64,000 nt of DNA, taken from sequence record NZ_CP072388.1; one strand, 5' to 3'. Positions 46,525-55,880 of this stretch are shown here, piece after piece; positions within the stretch are counted from its first letter, which is position 1; every line of letters starts with the position of its first letter. A model generated the notes under the pieces. That model saw only the letters and a list, made by a program, of their open reading frames with translations, had not been told where the DNA came from and made no database searches. The stretch is from a plasmid. The translations under genes were made by a program, and so were the position numbers.

Positions 46525-47879
46525 TCAACGTCGTCGTCCACGCTGACGGCAGCGGCGGCCACGTCGAGCTGCCCGACGAGACCGTTCCCCTCGCACCGGG
46601 GAACCCCGCCGACGTCCAGCAGCGCGCCGTCAGCGTGCTCCTGCGCCACTCCGCGAAGGAAGGCCGACCCGTCACCGTCAAGGCCGTCGACGCCAGCGGC
46701 GCCAGACACCTACGCGTGACCCCGGACGGGCGCGTCGAGCCCGTGCGGAACCTCGACACCCCGCCCGCGCCCGCACCGTCTCCCGAGCAGGCCGACAACC
46801 CGGCGCCGCCCAGCCGCGACGAGTCGCCGGCGCCCGACGTCGACGCCGCCCCCACCACGCCGGCACCCGAGCCGACCCCCACCCTCGGCAGCGGCGACGA
46901 GCTCGCCCCCGCCGTCGAGCCCGGCCCGCCTGACCCCGCGGCGGCCGAGCCCATGACCCGCCGCGCCCGCAAGTCGTTCCTCACCGTCGCTCAGGCCGAG
47001 CAGCCCGCCATGAAAGGGCTGCGGGGAGCGATGACGCGCGCAGGCATCCGCATGGCACCCAGCGAAGCCGAGCGCATCGAGCGCGCCAACGTCCGCGCGG
47101 TCTCCCAGCACTGGCCCGGACCCCGGACCATCGCCGTCGTCAACGGCAAGGGCGGCGCAAGCAAGACGCCGACCACCGTCCTGCTCTCCGCGGTGTTCGC
47201 CCTCAACGGCGGCGCCGGCGTCGTGGCCTACGACAACAACCAGACCCGCGGCACTCTCGGCTGGCGCACCGAACAGGGCCCGCACGAGGCGACCCTGCTC
47301 GACATGCTCCCCCGCGCCACCCACCTGCTCGGCACCAGCGCGCAGTCGGCCGACCTCGCCCACTACGTGCACCACCAGACCCACGACCGCTACGACGTCC
47401 TGCGCTCCCAGCCCATGATGCTCGCCGACCAGCAGCGCCTGGGCGTCGACGACTTCGACGCCGTCCACGCCGTGCTCAAGAAGTACTACCGGCTCATCTT
47501 CGTCGACTCCGGCAACGACGAGTCCGACCCGCTGTGGCTGCGCATGATCGACCACGCCGACCAGCTCGTCGTCGCCACAACCACCCGAGCGGACATCGCC
47601 GAAGCCGGCGCCCTGCTGCTCGAAGCCCTGGCCGACCGCGACGAGCGATCGGCCGCCCTGGCTGCCGGCGCCGTCGTCGTCGTCAACCAGGCCAACGAGA
47701 AGGGCGGTCAGCACGAGGCCGACCAGATCGCCGACGGGTACCGAACGATCGCCCGCCAAGCGGTCACCATCCCCTACGACAAGGCGATGGTCGACGGACA
47801 CCTGCAGTTCTCGACGCTGCGCCCGACCACACGACGTGCTTGGCTTACGGCGGGGGCTGCAGTAGCGCGGGGCCTATAA
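46521..47879 (+). CDS. ParA/MinD-family P-loop ATPase with N-terminal extension (TadZ/CpaE-like)
   Basis: Deviant Walker A VNGKGGASKTPTT. ATG overlaps the upstream stop. Confidence 0.7.
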   Translation: MINVVVHADGSGGHVELPDETVPLAPGNPADVQQRAVSVLLRHSAKEGRPVTVKAVDASGARHLRVTPDGRVEPVRNLDTPPAPAPSPEQADNPAPPSRDESPAPDVDAAPTTPAPEPTPTLGSGDELAPAVEPGPPDPAAAEPMTRRARKSFLTVAQAEQPAMKGLRGAMTRAGIRMAPSEAERIERANVRAVSQHWPGPRTIAVVNGKGGASKTPTTVLLSAVFALNGGAGVVAYDNNQTRGTLGWRTEQGPHEATLLDMLPRATHLLGTSAQSADLAHYVHHQTHDRYDVLRSQPMMLADQQRLGVDDFDAVHAVLKKYYRLIFVDSGNDESDPLWLRMIDHADQLVVATTTRADIAEAGALLLEALADRDERSAALAAGAVVVVNQANEKGGQHEADQIADGYRTIARQAVTIPYDKAMVDGHLQFSTLRPTTRRAWLTAGAAVARGL

Positions 47880-47918
47880 CCCGCACAATGAGCATCAGCC
47901 GCACGCATAGAACGGACC

Positions 47919-48230
47919 GTGACTCACGTGCCCGCGACCCACGACGAGGACATCGACGCCCTCGGGCAGATCGCCCGCAGCGCCGATCGCACGGCCGTCG
48001 TGCGCCATCTGAGCACGCACCCCGGTGACTACTTCGGAGCCATCCACAAGGCCACCGGCATCTCCGTCGGAAGCCTCGGCAAACACCTACGCGACCTCGA
48101 AGCCGCCGGCATCATCGTCGGCGACCTCCCCCTCGAGCAGCGCAAGGGCCGCACCGTGCGCTACCACGTCGACGACAAGCGCCTGCGGACGCTCGTCAAG
48201 AAGCTCGAACGGCGCTTGCTGGGCCAGTGA
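47919..48230 (+). CDS. winged-helix transcriptional regulator (ArsR/MarR-like)
   Basis: IHKATGISVGSLGKHLRDLEAAGII HTH. Confidence 0.55.
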   Translation: MTHVPATHDEDIDALGQIARSADRTAVVRHLSTHPGDYFGAIHKATGISVGSLGKHLRDLEAAGIIVGDLPLEQRKGRTVRYHVDDKRLRTLVKKLERRLLGQ

Positions 48231-48570
48231 CACCAAGGGCTCTGCGGGACGGCAAGCAGTGCGCCGTCACCTCCGCTCGCCAGGCCGCTCGGGCTTCAAC
48301 GCGACCGGCGCCGGGGAAGCAAGCGTGCACCCGAGGGTGAGAGAGGACGACACACGCCTCGCAGGCGCGCATGGCCGCCGCGGAAACACCCTCCGCTTCT
48401 TCGGCATGCCTGACGTGGCGTCCAGCGCGCGGTATCACTGTGATCGCGATCGCAGTAGGCGCCCAGGGACGTACACGTTCAGGCGCCCATCGTCACGAAC
48501 ACGCGGCGGGCGACACGCCGACACGCCAGTTGCAGAATTCGTCCGGATTCAGGAAGTCGTGTGGTTGAGT

Positions 48571-49044
48571 ATGCCCATGACGATCTCCACGGGACGACCG
48601 AGCAAGGGTGACAGGGACCAGTTCCTGCTCGAGCTCCCCGTCGCCGCCGCGGACATCCTTCGACGCAACGCCGACGCCCTGCAGATGCCCCACGGCGAGT
48701 ACATCGCCGCGGTCCTCGCCGAGCAGGTGGGCATGCCCTGGCTCGCACCTGTCGAGACGCGAGCACCGTATGCCGGCCGCATTCAGGAGATGCTCGACGA
48801 AGTCGGAGTGAAGGCGTGGGACACCGCTCCTGCCTCCGGTTGGGCCGAGACCATCAAGTTCACGACGCGTCCCGCGCGGCCCATCGGAGATCTCGTCCGT
48901 TCACGCTCGCGCGTGCAGGGCATGACGTACAAGGAGTACATCGTCGCGGCAGTCATGGCGTGGCACGGCATCACGCGTGATGCCGACCCTGCGTTGGCGC
49001 CCCGTTCGCGCTACGCCCGGGAGGCGATGCGCCAACCCGCATAA
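48571..49044 (+). CDS. hypothetical protein with internal duplication
   Basis: Two related segments (...EYIAAVLAEQVGMPW / ...EYIVAAVMAWHGI). Followed by a strong terminator. Confidence 0.4.
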   Translation: MPMTISTGRPSKGDRDQFLLELPVAAADILRRNADALQMPHGEYIAAVLAEQVGMPWLAPVETRAPYAGRIQEMLDEVGVKAWDTAPASGWAETIKFTTRPARPIGDLVRSRSRVQGMTYKEYIVAAVMAWHGITRDADPALAPRSRYAREAMRQPA

Positions 49045-49048
49045 GAAA

Positions 49049-49076
49049 GTGGCCCGTCCCTTGCGGGACGGGCCAC
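49049..49076. terminator. hairpin, 12-bp perfect stem
   Basis: GTGGCCCGTCCC-ttgc-GGGACGGGCCAC. Confidence 0.5.
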
Positions 49077-49194
49077 CAGATCGAACCACTTCCGGCGACT
49101 TGCTTGGCGGCTGGAAACCGGAGCGGTTCTCTACCTAAGAACAGGAGCCATCATACCCACCGCCCCGACGGGGCGCGATTTCGCCTACACCGGC

Positions 49195-50994
49195 GTGTCG
49201 TCGCCAACCGTTTCCGAGCTCTCGCAGGCGAGCCATGCGCACCCGCGCGCAGGCTCGCCCGACGAGCAGTGGGCGGACACCGCGCACCTCCTTGCAGGGT
49301 GCGACCGGGTGCGCATCGGCACGATCCGCGCTGATCGCAGCGTCGACTACCCCACCCGCGGCGAACGTAAACTCACACTCGCGCGTCCGACGGCACCGGC
49401 CGCGGTCCGCGTCTACGGTGATGACGGCTGCTGCCGCGCCCTGTTCCTCGACCTCGACGCCAAGGGCCGCCACGGTGCGGTCGACGTAGCCCGAGACGGA
49501 GCAGTGCTGCAGCGCATCCTCGCCGTTGCCGGGCTGCGTACCTTCGTCGACATCGCCCCGACCGGTGGTCGTCACATCTACGTCCCCCTCGCCAAGCGTC
49601 TGCCGTTCGAGGTTGCTCGCGAGCTCGTCGAGGCGCTTGCCCGGCACGCGCCCACGCTCGATCCAGGCCCGCACCGCAGCGTGCGCACCGGGTGCATCCG
49701 CACGCCAGGATCCACGCACGGCGCCGGCGGCCACCAAGTCCTGACCAGCAGCCTCTCGAGCGCTGTCGACGTCCTCAAGCGACCCAACCCACCCACCGCC
49801 ATTGCAGAGCTCCGCGGCATGCTCGCCGGCGACATTGCCGCGGTCCGCGCTCAGCGCGACGACCTGACAATCGTCTCTGCGCCCACCTCTGACCAGCCCG
49901 GTGCACCCGGCACGCTCTCCGCCCGTGTCGTCGCGATCGCCCGCAACGGGCTCTGGGACGTCGGCCGCTACGACTCGCCATCCGCTGCACGCCAGGCGGT
50001 CATCACGGCCTGCGTGCGTGCCGGCTGGGACATCACCGATGTGCAGCGTCGACTCAACGATGGCACATGGCCGGCTCTCGCGGGCATGTACGCCCGGTAC
50101 TCCCCCGCACGGCGCCCCGTGTCCCTGCGGGCCGACTGGCTCAAGGCGAGGGCGTACATCGCCTGTACGCCTCAAGACCCGAAAACCAGCAGTGACGTGC
50201 AGAAAGACAGTGTGCACATCTCCAACACAAGCGCTCTTCTGTCACAGGGGGGCGACGACCACGGCTGGATCCGAACCTGGCGGGCTGCGGTCTCCACCTA
50301 CGAGACGGTGCGTCTTCCCGGTAGGCACTGGTACACGGCACGGTTTCTTCTCCGTGCGATCGGAGAGGCTGCACACAAGACCGGCAGCAGGTACGTCGGA
50401 TTCGGCTGCAGATCGCTCGCTGAAGCCTGCGGAGCCGACTACACGACGGTGTCAGTCTTACTGCACGAACTCCAGCGTGCTGGCTGGATCGACCTGATCG
50501 AGTCCGCGCGCGGCGAGACAGCAGACCTGTACGAGCTCACCCTCCCCCACGATCTCCGCGGCCGGTCGGACGAACTGCGCTGGCAGCGTGGCAAGGTGTA
50601 CTCGCTTCGGCCGGCCTTCCGCGAGCTCGGCCACGTCAGTGCTTTCGTCTTCGAGGCCGTTGAGCAGGGCAGGGCCTCCTCCATCACGGAACTTGTCGCC
50701 ATCACCGGGATCTCGCGACGAGCTGTTCACACCAGCATTGACCTGCTCACCGCCTGGGACCTCGTCGAACGCACAGACGAGGGCCTGCGAGCCTTCCCGG
50801 AGCGCCTCGGGCGTGTCGCCGAGCACCTCGGCGCCTTCGAGGCGATCTACGAGCAGATGCGCCGTCACCGCGCACAGCGGGCCACCTGGCGGGCCTGGCT
50901 CGCGCGGTTCGAGGGCCACTGGGATGAGGGCGAGCACTGGGACGAACTCCACTCCCCCGCGGCCGAGACCCTCTTCGCGACGGAGGTGGCCTGA
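49195..50994 (+). CDS. replication protein with N-terminal primase-polymerase (PrimPol/AEP) domain
   Basis: AEP motifs ALFLDLDAK (DxD) and IAPTGGRHIYVPL (sGxGxH-like). 599 aa. Confidence 0.65.
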   Translation: MSSPTVSELSQASHAHPRAGSPDEQWADTAHLLAGCDRVRIGTIRADRSVDYPTRGERKLTLARPTAPAAVRVYGDDGCCRALFLDLDAKGRHGAVDVARDGAVLQRILAVAGLRTFVDIAPTGGRHIYVPLAKRLPFEVARELVEALARHAPTLDPGPHRSVRTGCIRTPGSTHGAGGHQVLTSSLSSAVDVLKRPNPPTAIAELRGMLAGDIAAVRAQRDDLTIVSAPTSDQPGAPGTLSARVVAIARNGLWDVGRYDSPSAARQAVITACVRAGWDITDVQRRLNDGTWPALAGMYARYSPARRPVSLRADWLKARAYIACTPQDPKTSSDVQKDSVHISNTSALLSQGGDDHGWIRTWRAAVSTYETVRLPGRHWYTARFLLRAIGEAAHKTGSRYVGFGCRSLAEACGADYTTVSVLLHELQRAGWIDLIESARGETADLYELTLPHDLRGRSDELRWQRGKVYSLRPAFRELGHVSAFVFEAVEQGRASSITELVAITGISRRAVHTSIDLLTAWDLVERTDEGLRAFPERLGRVAEHLGAFEAIYEQMRRHRAQRATWRAWLARFEGHWDEGEHWDELHSPAAETLFATEVA

Positions 50995-51002
50995 GATGAG
51001 GG

Positions 51003-51125
51003 CCGAGGCCCCAGCGATCTTCATTCATGAACACAGACATGAACCACGTCATGAACCGTGTTCGCCAGTCATGACTTCATGCATTCATGCAAACATGCAC
51101 AACCAGGCGTCCGCCGGACACCCTG
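51003..51125. repeat. AT-rich iteron cluster (TTCATGCAT-type) upstream of parA
   Basis: CATTCATGAACA...GTCATGAACC...TTCATGCATTCATGCAAACATGCAC. Confidence 0.5.
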
Positions 51126-51147
51126 GACGACTTGAGAGAGGTACGCG

Positions 51148-51924
51148 ATGACGACGACGACCGCGCTCGGAAACCAGAAGGGCGGTGTCGGGAAGACCAC
51201 GGTGTCGCTGTGTCTGCTGAGCGAGCTCGCTCGTCTCGGCAGGTCATGTCTGCTGATCGACCTCGATCAGCAGATGTCTGCGTCCTCGACCGTGGGCGCG
51301 GAGGGCGACATCACGATCGAGGACGTCCTGCGCGCGAAGGCTCCCGCGCACCTGTCCGATGCGATCGAGAAGTCGCAGTGGGAGGGGATCGACGTCGTTC
51401 CGGGCTCCGACACCATCCAGACCCTTGAACGTGACCCCGACGTCATGGCCGCCTTCCGTCTCCAGAAGGTCCTTCGAGACAACGCCGACCTGCTCTCCAA
51501 GTACGACGACATCATCATCGACCTGCCACCGGATCTGGGGACCTGTACGGTCTCCGGCCTCCTCGCGGCCGACCAGGTCGTCGCCGTGACGATCCCGGAG
51601 CCGTGGAGTTCCGAAGGCCTCGACCGATTCCTCACTACGCTCGAGGGGATCCGCCAGGGGCCTCACCCCTCGTTGACCCTGTTCGGCGTCATCGTGAACA
51701 TGGTCCGCCGCACCAACGAGCACCGGTACCGCATCGCCGAGTTGAACGACTCCGTGGGCGGGCTCGTCATGAACCCGGTGATCCCGCAGCGCGTCGCCGC
51801 GGCGGAGGTCGCAAGCGAGCAGCTGCCGCTGCACGAGCTGAAGAACGAGGGCGCAAAGGTCCTATCAGACCTGTTCGCTGAGCACGCCAGGGCGCTGGCC
51901 GAGGGCCGGAAGGGGAAGAACTGA
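51148..51924 (+). CDS. parA: ParA partition ATPase
   Basis: Deviant Walker A GNQKGGVGKTTVS, GAGAGG RBS. Confidence 0.85.
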   Translation: MTTTTALGNQKGGVGKTTVSLCLLSELARLGRSCLLIDLDQQMSASSTVGAEGDITIEDVLRAKAPAHLSDAIEKSQWEGIDVVPGSDTIQTLERDPDVMAAFRLQKVLRDNADLLSKYDDIIIDLPPDLGTCTVSGLLAADQVVAVTIPEPWSSEGLDRFLTTLEGIRQGPHPSLTLFGVIVNMVRRTNEHRYRIAELNDSVGGLVMNPVIPQRVAAAEVASEQLPLHELKNEGAKVLSDLFAEHARALAEGRKGKN

Positions 51925-52535
51925 TGCCGAAGCCGCGAATGTCGAAGAGAACAGCTCTCGACGTCGTCCTCGGTCAGCCGGCGCCTGTCGCGGCGCCGGA
52001 GTCCGGAAACGGGACGAGCACAACCACCGCTGTGGTCGAGCCTGAGCAGAGGGACGAAGGGCCAACGTCTGACGAGGCCGAAGGAACCGAACCCGAGCCC
52101 GCGCCCACAGCGGATGGCGCCCCGTCGGCAGAGAGCACAACGCTCGTTACGCCGGATCAGGACGAGACGGCGGAAGTTGAGGACGGCCAGCGCGAGACCA
52201 GCGAGACGGACGAGGCAGGCGAACCCGCTGAGTCGGCCGAGCCTGAACCGCTGCCCACCCCGGAGCCGGGGCCACGCCAGGCGGCGTCGAAGGCTCGACC
52301 TCGCAGGCATGCTCCGGCTGCCCCCTCTCTCGAGGAGTCTGACCCCCGATTTCAGCCGGTGCTCGGACGCAACGATGATGCTGCGCTCGTGCCGTTCTCG
52401 ACCCGCCTTACCCCAGATCTACGTCGCCGGCTCAAGCTCTACTCCGCGGTGTCGGGCGAGTCCACGACCAGCCTGACCAACCGCGCGCTCGACTACATGC
52501 TCGAGGTGGCCGAACGCAAGGTCGGCATGCGCTGA
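51924..52535 (+). CDS. ParG-like ribbon-helix-helix centromere-binding protein with acidic disordered N-terminus
   Basis: ATG overlaps the parA stop. C-terminal RHH VPFSTRLTPDLRRRLKLYSAVSGESTTSLTNRALDYML. Confidence 0.6.
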   Translation: MPKPRMSKRTALDVVLGQPAPVAAPESGNGTSTTTAVVEPEQRDEGPTSDEAEGTEPEPAPTADGAPSAESTTLVTPDQDETAEVEDGQRETSETDEAGEPAESAEPEPLPTPEPGPRQAASKARPRRHAPAAPSLEESDPRFQPVLGRNDDAALVPFSTRLTPDLRRRLKLYSAVSGESTTSLTNRALDYMLEVAERKVGMR

Positions 52536-52551
52536 GTCATCCCGTCCATGT

Positions 52552-52586
52552 CTGAGGGCCCTGCGTCGATCGCGCGGGGCCCTCAG
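52552..52586. terminator. hairpin after the partition operon
   Basis: CTGAGGGCCC-N15-GGGCCCTCAG. Confidence 0.45.
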
Positions 52587-52599
52587 CCTTTGCGCAGGC

Positions 52600-53030
52600 G
52601 TGTGTGAAGTCATGAATGCATGAAGTCATGAGTACCGCGGTCCCAGCCGCGCCCAGCACCGTTCATGAAAGCATGCATGAATGCATAAACTCGCGAGCCC
52701 ATCGTTGGGCCGGCGTACATCCACCACCCGGACAGTTCATGCATGCCTTCATGAAAGCAGGAACGAATGAATGCATGATCCCGTGACCACTTTGCGTGCG
52801 TCGGTGAAAGTATGAAGTAGTTCACGCATTCATGTACCACTTCATGCATGACTGCATGTGTTGATGAAGCAAGTCATGAAGCCATTCATGTTTACATGCA
52901 TTCATGCATGACGTCATGAACGCATGAATGCATGAACGGTTCTCCTGCGAGCTGTTGGTTCGGGCGACCATGCATGAATGCATGAATGCATGCATGCGTT
53001 CATGCAGTTCACACTGCCTCGCCTGCCTTG
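52600..53030. repeat. ~430-bp AT-rich array of >10 copies of ATGCATGAA / TTCATGCAT in both orientations (candidate centromere/iteron region)
   Basis: e.g. TCATGAATGCATGAAGTCATGA, CATGAACGCATGAATGCATGAA, CCATGCATGAATGCATGAATGCATGCATGCGTTCATGC. GC far below flanks. Confidence 0.6.
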
Positions 53031-53136
53031 TCCTCGTTGGCGCAGTCGCGGGACAACCGAGATTAGAAGCTCCACGTGAGTGGGGCACAGCTCGTATGTG
53101 CGCACCTAGGCTGACATCGATAGAGCGGGAGGTGCG

Positions 53137-53667
53137 ATGGTCGAGCGTGGATCCTGCCGCACGTGCGGCGTGGAAACTGTCCGCCTGAGGTGCTTCGACG
53201 GCACTGTGCGGACATTCCACGCGCGAGAAGCCGCCAATCCCGATCTCGACGAGTCTCAGCGCTGGTACTACACGGCCACGCGCGGAGCGATCAGCGGCGC
53301 CGACGCGTCCTCGCCACCCAACAGGCCGTACCTAACCCTTCACCAGTGCCTGCGCACACGCGCCGGCTTCGGCGAGTCCACCAGAAACGAGGCCGGCACG
53401 ATCCGTGCCGCCGACGCAGTCGCGCTCCGTACGGATGTCCCCACGGTCAACGACTCGGCGCTGAGCCTCACCGGCTACCGCTGGACGTACCGATGGCCGT
53501 CCCACTGGGCGCACATCATCGCAGGCCGAGCACCCCAGGCGCTGTGCGGCGCCACCGTCCTGGTGCCCGAGGAGATGAGCGAGAGGGAACGCGCGCGGAT
53601 CTCGACGATGCACGTGTGCCCACGGTGCGTGCAGACGAACGCCCGCCACGAACGAACACGTCGCTAG
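53137..53667 (+). CDS. zinc-ribbon-containing hypothetical protein
   Basis: CRTCG near the N-terminus and CPRC near the C-terminus. Confidence 0.45.
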   Translation: MVERGSCRTCGVETVRLRCFDGTVRTFHAREAANPDLDESQRWYYTATRGAISGADASSPPNRPYLTLHQCLRTRAGFGESTRNEAGTIRAADAVALRTDVPTVNDSALSLTGYRWTYRWPSHWAHIIAGRAPQALCGATVLVPEEMSERERARISTMHVCPRCVQTNARHERTRR

Positions 53668-53728
53668 GGGAGCACGCGCATCGACGCCGTGTGCGAAGAT
53701 CTACAACGAATGCAAAGACTGCAAAGGA

Positions 53729-54868
53729 GTGCGAACGGTGGCGCGTAACCCGTTCAAGCCCACAGCGGGCGCCACACCGCCCCTGCTCGTCGGGCGTGAT
53801 GACGACCTCGAGGAGTTCGCTGAATCCCTGGACGACGGACCAGGCGCGCCCGGACGACTGACGATCTTCACCGGCGCCCGCGGCGTCGGCAAGACCGTGA
53901 TGCTCACCGAGGTCGCCGACACCGCGCTCCAGCGAGCCTGGGTGACGATCGCCGAGACCGCCACGCCCGGCCTCATCGACCGCCTCTCGGCAGCCACCTC
54001 GATGCTCTCGCGCGAGCACGATCCGACCAGCCACCGCGGCCGCAGCATCACCGGTGTCACCCTGCCGGTCGTAGGTGGAGGCCTCACCTTCAGCCAGGCA
54101 CCTGCCGTCGTCACGGCGTGGCGCGACGAGCTCGGGGGAGTGCTCGACGCACTCGAGAACCACGGCACCGGACTGCTCGTCACGATCGACGAGGTCCACC
54201 ACGTCGCACGCGAAGACCTTCGCGCACTCGCCGCAACGTTCCAGCACCTGGTACGCGAAGACCGCAACGTCGCCCTCGCCTTCGCCGGTCTCCCGTCGTC
54301 GGTCTCCGACCTGCTCAACGACGACGTCCTGACCTTCCTGCGCCGCGCCACACCCGTCCACCTGGAAGACGTCGCCCTCGACGACGTCAAGACCGCCCTG
54401 CGCACCACCATCACCGACAGCGGACGCACCATCACCGACACCGCCCTCGACGCCGCCGCACAAGCCACCGGCGGCTACCCCTTCATGATCCAGCTCGTCG
54501 GCTACCACGTATGGCGCAAAGCCAGCAGCGACACCATCGACGAAGCCGCCGTCGCACTCGGCATCCCAGCCGCCCGCAAGCGACTCGGCTCCACCGTCCA
54601 CGCCACGGCCCTCGCCGACCTGTCCGACGTCGACCGCACCTATCTGCTCGCCATGGCACAAGACGACGGCCCCTCCCGCACCGGAGTCATCGCGAAGCGA
54701 CTACGCGTCAGCGACTCCTACGCCCAGGTCTACCGCGGCAGACTCCTCGACGCCGGCATGATCGAGACAACCAGACGCGGCTACGTCGACTTCGCCATCC
54801 CCTACCTGCGCGAATACCTCCGCGAGCACGCCGCCCAGTACGAGATGGCAAACCGCCCCGAGAACTGA
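53729..54868 (+). CDS. AAA-type ATP-binding protein (Arch_ATPase-like) with C-terminal winged helix
   Basis: Walker A GARGVGKT, Walker B LLVTIDEVHHV. Confidence 0.65.
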   Translation: MRTVARNPFKPTAGATPPLLVGRDDDLEEFAESLDDGPGAPGRLTIFTGARGVGKTVMLTEVADTALQRAWVTIAETATPGLIDRLSAATSMLSREHDPTSHRGRSITGVTLPVVGGGLTFSQAPAVVTAWRDELGGVLDALENHGTGLLVTIDEVHHVAREDLRALAATFQHLVREDRNVALAFAGLPSSVSDLLNDDVLTFLRRATPVHLEDVALDDVKTALRTTITDSGRTITDTALDAAAQATGGYPFMIQLVGYHVWRKASSDTIDEAAVALGIPAARKRLGSTVHATALADLSDVDRTYLLAMAQDDGPSRTGVIAKRLRVSDSYAQVYRGRLLDAGMIETTRRGYVDFAIPYLREYLREHAAQYEMANRPEN

Positions 54869-54936
54869 CCTGTACCCCGCCAGCGCGCCCTGTCGCCGCG
54901 CAGCGCGCGCTGCGGGCCACCACCCAAGGAGCAGAC

Positions 54937-55098
54937 ATGACCCTCGACGTCAACTACCCGCCTACTCACCACCCAGCCGTAGCCGTCCCTGAGCGCCAAG
55001 ACGTCGAGCAGTCCCTGCTCGCCCACCTCCCTCAGCCCACAACGCCAGCCATCGGAGACCTGACCTGGCCAGGCCTCGAGGCACCCGAGAGCCTCTAG
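54937..55098 (+). CDS. small hypothetical protein (53 aa)
   Basis: AAGGAG RBS 6 nt upstream of ATG. Confidence 0.3.
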   Translation: MTLDVNYPPTHHPAVAVPERQDVEQSLLAHLPQPTTPAIGDLTWPGLEAPESL

Positions 55099-55267
55099 CC
55101 GAACGACTGATCGACGCCCTCGCGCTCACCCGAGCACGAGGGCATCGTCGTTCCCGGACGCGGCCGATGGCCGAATGGGGGAGCGCTGAGGTGAGGTAGT
55201 GCCCGTCTTCGACCTCGGCTGGGCGCACGGAGATCGAAAGCGTCCTAGCTCGCAAGGAAGCGCACGG

Positions 55268-55510
55268 TTACCCGCGGTGCTTCTCAACGTTGCGATACAG
55301 GTCGAGCAGTTCCTGCACGTCGCGTTCCTCCGCGCGCCGACGAACGTCCGGACCAGACACCCGGAACGCACACCAAGCGATCACGGCGACGTAGACGAAC
55401 AAGCCCGCCACGAGCACGAGCCACTCACCGCTGTCACCGACGACCTCGTCCATGCGCTCGACCGTACCGCCCCCCTCACCCAGCTCACCGACGACCCAGG
55501 GAAGAGACAA
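55268..55510 (-). CDS. small membrane hypothetical protein
   Basis: One TM (LVLVAGLFVYVAVIAWCAF). Confidence 0.3.
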   Translation of the reverse strand: MSLPWVVGELGEGGGTVERMDEVVGDSGEWLVLVAGLFVYVAVIAWCAFRVSGPDVRRRAEERDVQELLDLYRNVEKHRG

Positions 55511-55528
55511 GTCGGCGGCCGAGACTCG

Positions 55529-55880
55529 TGGTGGAGCTCGGCAGGGTGCGTGGTGCGCCGGCCGGTGGCCGGCCCGATCTGTGGCCGCTGCGCGGCCCGG
55601 TGCTTTCCCGCGCTGCGCGCGGGGAAGTCGTCCCCTCCTGGCTCTCCATCATCGCCCGCGCGACCCTGCGCGCAACCCGCTCGACTACGTCGCCGGCCCG
55701 TCGCCGAAACTCGTCGCCCGGCGCTCCTTCGTCGCTTCATCCGGGCGACGAGCCCCGTCGTCGGACCGTACCGCGGGTTGCACTCCGGGCCGCTTATGCG
55801 GGCGTTGATTACGGAGCCAGGAGGGGGCGAAAAACGGTCGGGACCACCCGCCACCCGCCACCTGGCAGGAAGGAGCCCCC
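55529..55880 (+). repeat. leader/promoter module A, copy 1 (diverged)
   Basis: Shares GCCGCTGCGCGGCC..CCCGCGCTGCGCGCGGGG..TCGTCCCCTCCTGGCTCTCCATCATCG..CGCGCGACCCTGCGCGCAACC...GATTACGGAGCCAGGAGGGGGCGAAAAACGGTCGGGACCACC with copies at 57144 and 61244. Ends at the start codon of the DUF4192 gene. Confidence 0.6.

Noticed and set aside
52600-53030. The CATGAA-rich array as a CRISPR array
   Set aside because: Repeat units are 9-mers in both orientations with irregular spacing and no unique spacers of uniform length. No cas genes are present.
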